Positions 58,408 through 62,881 of a DNA stretch of 62,881 nucleotides are shown here, in pieces. Position numbers and translations under genes: made by a program. Each line of letters opens with the position of its first letter. Position 1 is the stretch's first letter. The notes under the pieces are model-generated. The model saw only the letters and a program-made list of their open reading frames with translations. It was not told where the DNA came from and made no database searches. Origin of the DNA: Bacteroidales bacterium (lineage in GTDB: Bacteria; Bacteroidota; Bacteroidia; Bacteroidales; UBA12077); NCBI GenBank assembly GCA_046545815.1, contig JBKGZA010000002.1, positions 1 through 62,881 of the forward strand, in the 5' to 3' direction.

Positions 58408-61224
58408 ATGAAGAAAACAGCATTAAAACTTAACTTACTCGTATTTTTGGGTTTTGTGTTCGCAGGAATGCCAATAAGTTGCGAAAAAACATCAGGAGAC
58501 CGGGAAATCACCAATCTGAAATGCGAATATATGAAACAGCCCATTGGTATTGATATGGAAAACCCAAGATTCTCATGGAACATTAACCGGAATGAACGTG
58601 GTGTGTCTCAGACAGCTTATCGCATCCTGGTTGCAGATAAGCGGGGTAATCTGAACGATGATACCGGAAACATTTGGGATTCCGGAAAAATACAATCCGA
58701 TAAATCGGTTAATATAGCCTGCAACGGGAAACCCTTGCAAAGCAGCGAAATCTATTACTGGAAGGTGCAGGTTTGGTATCAAAGCGGCGACTCCAGCGGG
58801 TGGAGTGAAGTAAATACCTTTCATACGGGAATCATCAATCAAGCCGACTGGCAAGCTCAATGGATAGAAGCAAATGACACAAGCATCAATGCTCCGTTGC
58901 TACGTAAAAATTTTAACCTGGAAGACAGGGTAGAAAAGGCAATAGCCCATGTTACAGGACTGGGTTACCATGAGTTCTATCTGAATGGAGAAAAGACCGG
59001 CGAACAAGTGCTCGATCCGGCCATTACAACTTACAACAAACGGGTACTTTACTCCAGCTATGATGTAACGGATCAGCTAAACTCCGGTGCCAATACTGCC
59101 GGTATCATGCTTGGAAACGGCGCCCTTAGAATGAAAAAGATTGAAGGCCGATATTCCTGGGGTGGCATCAGCAATGATTTAGGTGCTCCGAAAGCTTTAA
59201 TGCAGCTTGAAATCACACTTGCCAACGGTGAACATAAAACCATTGCCACGGATGGAACATGGAAATCCTCCTCAGGCCCTGTTACCTTTAATCATTTTTA
59301 TGCAGGGGAAGATTATGATGCCCGGAAAGAAAAGCCGGGATGGTCAGCTGAAAATTATGATGCCACCGGCTGGGAAAATGTGCGGGTAGTGGATGGCCCT
59401 GTCGGAACACTTAATGCTCAGTTGATGCAACCCATGAGAGTCACGGAAACCATTGAACCTGTAAAAAAGACGAATCCGGAGCCCGGACTATACCTTTACG
59501 ATATGGGTCAAAATTTCCCAGGATGGTGGCAATTAAAGGTCAATGGAGAAACAGGGACAAAAGTACGGATCAGGGGTGCGGAAACCCTGAACGACTCACT
59601 CTTCCCGGAGCCTTTTAAAGAGGGAGATAAACTTAGCACCAGGCATAACTACCATGCGAACGTATGGACAACCTATACCCTCAAAGGAGAAGGAACCGAA
59701 ACCTATGAACCCCGGTTCTTCTACACCGGATACCGTTATGTGGAAGTTGGCGTAGATGATCCGGAAAAAATTAAAAATCTGAACATTAAAGGACAGGTTG
59801 TACATTCTGATCTTTCGTATAACGGCTCTTTTTCTTCATCCAATTCATTGCTGAATGATATATACCAAGCTACAATATGGTCACAGAGAGGGAATCTGCA
59901 TGGCTATCCCACTGACTGCCCGCAGCGGGAAAAAGGAGCCTACACCGGCGATGGGCAGGTTATTGCCGAAACTTCTATGCACGATTTTCATATGGCAGCC
60001 CTGTACACCAAATGGCTCAACGATATGAAAGATGCACAACAGGATAATGGGCGAATCCCCAACACTTCTCCGGAACTGGTTGGCGGCCACGGTGGTGGAA
60101 TTGCCTGGGGCAGTGCATACATTTTGATTCCCTGGTGGATGTATCAATATTATGACGACATGCGAATATTGGAGAATCATTACCCCGCCATGAAAAAATA
60201 TGTTCAATATCTCTATAATCTGGCTCGATCGGATGCCAATCCGGAGGAAAAATTCATCATTAATGATTTTGGGGGATACTGGGATTCTCTGGGTGAATGG
60301 TGTGCGCCCGGTGAGTCGGATGGCCCGAATCACCCGGTGGTCAATACCGCTTACTATTTCAAAAATGTTCGACTACTTTCTCAAATTGCAGAAGTGCTGG
60401 GAATGAAGAAAGACGTAAAACGATACGGTGAATTATCCGATTCAATAGCAACGGCTTACAATGATAAATTTTTCAACCCCGCAACCAACTTTTATGGCAC
60501 GGAAGAAACTTACCAGACCTATCAGTTGCTTGCTCTGTCCTTCGGGCTTGTACCGGAAAAGCGGAGTGAAGAGGTATTGCAAACTATAATTCAGGATATT
60601 AAAAACAGAGATGCACATCTGAATACCGGTATTCTCGGAACAAAATACCTATGGCCTGTACTCGTAAATTCCGGCTATGGGGAGCTGGCTTATTCCGTGG
60701 CCAACCAAACAACCTATCCCAGTTACGGCTACTGGCTGGAAAACGGGGCCACCACCCTCTGGGAAAAATGGTCGGGAGAAGCTTCACACAACCATCAGAT
60801 GTTTGGCACGGTCAATGAATTCTTCTATAAATACCTGGCCGGTCTGCATGCTCCCACCGATGAAGGCACTACCCGGGGATATAAGCATATACGAATCAAC
60901 CCTTTTGTTCCGGAAGATTTATCATCCGCAGAGGCTTCGCTGGAAACAGTAAACGGAAAAGTCTCCTCATCCTGGCAGAAAAAGGATGAATCTCTGGAAC
61001 TGAAGGTGACCATTCCGGCAAACACAACCGGCGAAATCTGTATTCCTCTCCTTAATGATCAAGCAGTTCAAATCACTGAGGGAAATGAAAACATCTGGAA
61101 AAAAGAAACATTTTACGGAAAAGTGCCGGGAATAAAAAATGGAAAAAAGAAGAATGACTGTATCTCCTTTTCAGTAGAATCGGGAACCTATCAATTTAAC
61201 ATGAAAGCCTCTCCAAACATCTGA
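58408..61224 (+). CDS. alpha-L-rhamnosidase (GH78)
   Basis: About 938 aa with a lipoprotein signal (LLVFLGFVFAGMPISC). It shows GH78 N-terminal and (alpha/alpha)6 features (YRILVA; GLGYHEFYLNG; TDCPQREKGAYTGDG; WLENGATTLWEKW). I prefer the ATG at 58408 over the overlapping 58354. Confidence 0.85.
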   Translation: MKKTALKLNLLVFLGFVFAGMPISCEKTSGDREITNLKCEYMKQPIGIDMENPRFSWNINRNERGVSQTAYRILVADKRGNLNDDTGNIWDSGKIQSDKSVNIACNGKPLQSSEIYYWKVQVWYQSGDSSGWSEVNTFHTGIINQADWQAQWIEANDTSINAPLLRKNFNLEDRVEKAIAHVTGLGYHEFYLNGEKTGEQVLDPAITTYNKRVLYSSYDVTDQLNSGANTAGIMLGNGALRMKKIEGRYSWGGISNDLGAPKALMQLEITLANGEHKTIATDGTWKSSSGPVTFNHFYAGEDYDARKEKPGWSAENYDATGWENVRVVDGPVGTLNAQLMQPMRVTETIEPVKKTNPEPGLYLYDMGQNFPGWWQLKVNGETGTKVRIRGAETLNDSLFPEPFKEGDKLSTRHNYHANVWTTYTLKGEGTETYEPRFFYTGYRYVEVGVDDPEKIKNLNIKGQVVHSDLSYNGSFSSSNSLLNDIYQATIWSQRGNLHGYPTDCPQREKGAYTGDGQVIAETSMHDFHMAALYTKWLNDMKDAQQDNGRIPNTSPELVGGHGGGIAWGSAYILIPWWMYQYYDDMRILENHYPAMKKYVQYLYNLARSDANPEEKFIINDFGGYWDSLGEWCAPGESDGPNHPVVNTAYYFKNVRLLSQIAEVLGMKKDVKRYGELSDSIATAYNDKFFNPATNFYGTEETYQTYQLLALSFGLVPEKRSEEVLQTIIQDIKNRDAHLNTGILGTKYLWPVLVNSGYGELAYSVANQTTYPSYGYWLENGATTLWEKWSGEASHNHQMFGTVNEFFYKYLAGLHAPTDEGTTRGYKHIRINPFVPEDLSSAEASLETVNGKVSSSWQKKDESLELKVTIPANTTGEICIPLLNDQAVQITEGNENIWKKETFYGKVPGIKNGKKKNDCISFSVESGTYQFNMKASPNI

Positions 61225-61528
61225 TCAGCAATCAATAACCACCAAATTAAAAGTAATGAAAACAAAGTAAACAAAAAGAGGCAAAAAAACGAAGACAAGA
61301 ATATATGAGTCCGGTATAAAAAGCTAAATATTGGCTGATAAGGCGCTAAGCGACTCTAATAGATCTCTGAATTTCAATAGATAATTTTTTACACAATTGG
61401 CTAAAAATAGCCGAGCGCCTTTTTAGACTATACCCATATATATAGATAAAAATGCTATAGTACATAAATTAAATCTCGTTTTTTGCAAACTTAACAGTGA
61501 TTTTTTCTTAAATTAGCAAGCAAAATTT

Positions 61529-62269
61529 ATGCTGAACAAACAAAATATGGTTACCGGACAGACCAAAATGGCAAATGTAATCCACATGAATTACCTCCTT
61601 CTGCCAGTAATCAATCGGTTCGACATCAAACTGGGATTTGGTGATAAAACGGTTGAGCAGGTTTGCCGCGAATACGAAATCAACCTGTCTTTCTTTCTTG
61701 ACATCATCAACACCTACCATGATCCCGAATATTTTCCCATGGATAAAATGAGAACCTACCCTACATACTTAATTGTAGATTATCTTTTGAAGTCGCATGA
61801 ATATTATAAAAATAAGATGCTTCCCGAAACAGAAAACATGATTGATGATCTGGTTAATTCATGCAGCAATAACTGTGAAAATTTAAAACTAATAGAGGAT
61901 TTCTACAAACAGTACAAGACAGAGCTTGAAAACCATCTGATAAGTGAAGAGGAAAAATTCTTTCCCTATTTTAAGGCACTGATCGATAAAAAAGAAAAGG
62001 AAAAAAATCTTGAAGCCATAAGAAAAAAATACAATTTCTCTTATCAGGCACATTCCCTGGAACACGACAGCGTGATAACCAAATTGCGGGATTTAAAAAA
62101 CATTCTTATCAAATATCTGCCTCCGAATTACGATCATACCAAATGCAACAACCTCTTATACTGGCTGTTTGTTTTTGAAGATGATCTCAGGGATCACGAA
62201 AGGCTGGAAGACGTAATACTTCTGCCAGCTCTTGAAGAGATTGAAGAACAATACCGACAAAATCAATAG
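61529..62269 (+). CDS. hemerythrin-like / RIC(ScdA)-like domain protein
   Basis: The N-terminal segment (MANVIHMNYLLLPVINRFDIKLGFGDKTVEQVCREYEINLSFFLDIIN) resembles the ScdA_N-type domain. It is followed by His/Glu-rich helices (SHEYY, ENHLISEEEKFFP, HSLEHD, RDHERLED) compatible with a di-iron four-helix bundle. Confidence 0.6.
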   Translation: MLNKQNMVTGQTKMANVIHMNYLLLPVINRFDIKLGFGDKTVEQVCREYEINLSFFLDIINTYHDPEYFPMDKMRTYPTYLIVDYLLKSHEYYKNKMLPETENMIDDLVNSCSNNCENLKLIEDFYKQYKTELENHLISEEEKFFPYFKALIDKKEKEKNLEAIRKKYNFSYQAHSLEHDSVITKLRDLKNILIKYLPPNYDHTKCNNLLYWLFVFEDDLRDHERLEDVILLPALEEIEEQYRQNQ

Positions 62270-62274
62270 ACCCC

Positions 62275-62856
62275 ATGCCCCTTTCCGTAATCATATCCGA
62301 ACCTTCTTACCTCATAAAAAGAGGCATTTCAGCATTAATCGGTGATATGCTTTCTGCCGAAATCATCTTCATAAATGATGGCCAGGAACTCAACCACCAC
62401 CTCGACACGAATGAGATAACCGCCGTGTTCATTAATGAGCAAATATTAAAGGAAATGCAGGATTCCGCCCTGTTTTTCCAACTGAAGGAAGAAACCCGTT
62501 ATATTGCCCTCTCAGACAATCCGGGTAATTTAGCAGAAAAAAGAAAATTCGATGCCGTGCTGAACAGAAATGCCCAAAAAGACGACATTGTACCGGTGAT
62601 TGAAAAATTGTTGCAATTCGGATACGGTGAAGGAAGTGAGACAGACCCCCTACTCAGCACAAGGGAAAAGGAAGTATTAAAACAGGTAGCCATGGGATAC
62701 ACCAATCAGGAAATTGCTGACAAGCTCCATATCAGCAAACATACTGTTATCTCCCACCGAAAAAACCTTACCTCCAAACTGGGGATCAAAACTGTCAGCG
62801 GACTTACGGTTTATGCAATATTGAACAACCTGATCCCTAAAGATCAAATCCAATAA
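62275..62856 (+). CDS. LuxR-family transcriptional regulator with degenerate (pseudo-)receiver domain
   Basis: C-terminal LuxR/GerE HTH (LSTREKEVLKQVAMGYTNQEIADKLHISKHTVISHRKNL). The N-terminal receiver-like domain lacks the acidic pocket (SE instead of DD) and has N at the expected phospho-Asp position (AVFINEQ). Confidence 0.8.
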   Translation: MPLSVIISEPSYLIKRGISALIGDMLSAEIIFINDGQELNHHLDTNEITAVFINEQILKEMQDSALFFQLKEETRYIALSDNPGNLAEKRKFDAVLNRNAQKDDIVPVIEKLLQFGYGEGSETDPLLSTREKEVLKQVAMGYTNQEIADKLHISKHTVISHRKNLTSKLGIKTVSGLTVYAILNNLIPKDQIQ

Positions 62857-62881
62857 AGCAAGGAAAATGCTTCTTTCGGTT

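Noticed and set aside
1-62881. tRNA, rRNA, tmRNA/RNase P, transposase/integrase, prophage or toxin-antitoxin genes
   Set aside because: I scanned the intergenic gaps and the ORF list. There are no cloverleaf-like GTTCGAATC-type T-arms, no rRNA-like stretches, and no DDE/tyrosine-recombinase-like ORFs. The gene remnants have no flanking IS sequences within the window.

Overview
This 62.9-kb segment looks like a Bacteroidota chromosome. It is moderately AT-rich and carries a gliding/T9SS-type C-terminal sorting domain and typical Bacteroidia gene neighbourhoods. I call about 50 protein genes, mostly housekeeping. They include aroA, der, era, an ECF sigma factor, a CarH-type B12 photoreceptor regulator divergent from a photolyase operon, dinB, and argB-argD-argC-argJ. 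They also include an Ldh-family/SDR pair, a CBM9/DUF5916 protein, a GH29 fucosidase, and the ilvD-ilvB-ilvN-ilvC-cimA operon preceded by a leader-peptide attenuator. Further along are coaD, pyrE, birA, rsfS-ftsH-cdsA, psd, a UPF0182 membrane protein, xylB-xylA plus a sugar porter, two glycoside hydrolases and a hemerythrin-like/LuxR pair. I saw no rRNA, tRNA, CRISPR array, transposase, integrase or phage genes. Two things are not explained by ordinary annotation. First, there are two intergenic arrays of short motifs held at a strict ~21-bp phase: 17 copies of CGGTACA at 17.14-17.50 kb, and paired GATAT(C) half-sites at 35.34-35.56 kb. Their conservation is at the DNA level, not the codon level. 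Second, a ~1075-aa fusion of an EndoQ-like PHP nuclease to a complete UvrD/PcrA-type helicase sits in a decayed, palindrome-rich segment (29.9-35.8 kb) wedged between housekeeping blocks. Smaller observations include gene remnants (FtsX permease, S9 peptidase, VanZ-like), a block with distinct codon usage (17.9-22.6 kb), a repeated TGCCAACT 3' element, and operator-like palindromes. All family assignments come from motif recognition by eye; no searches were run.
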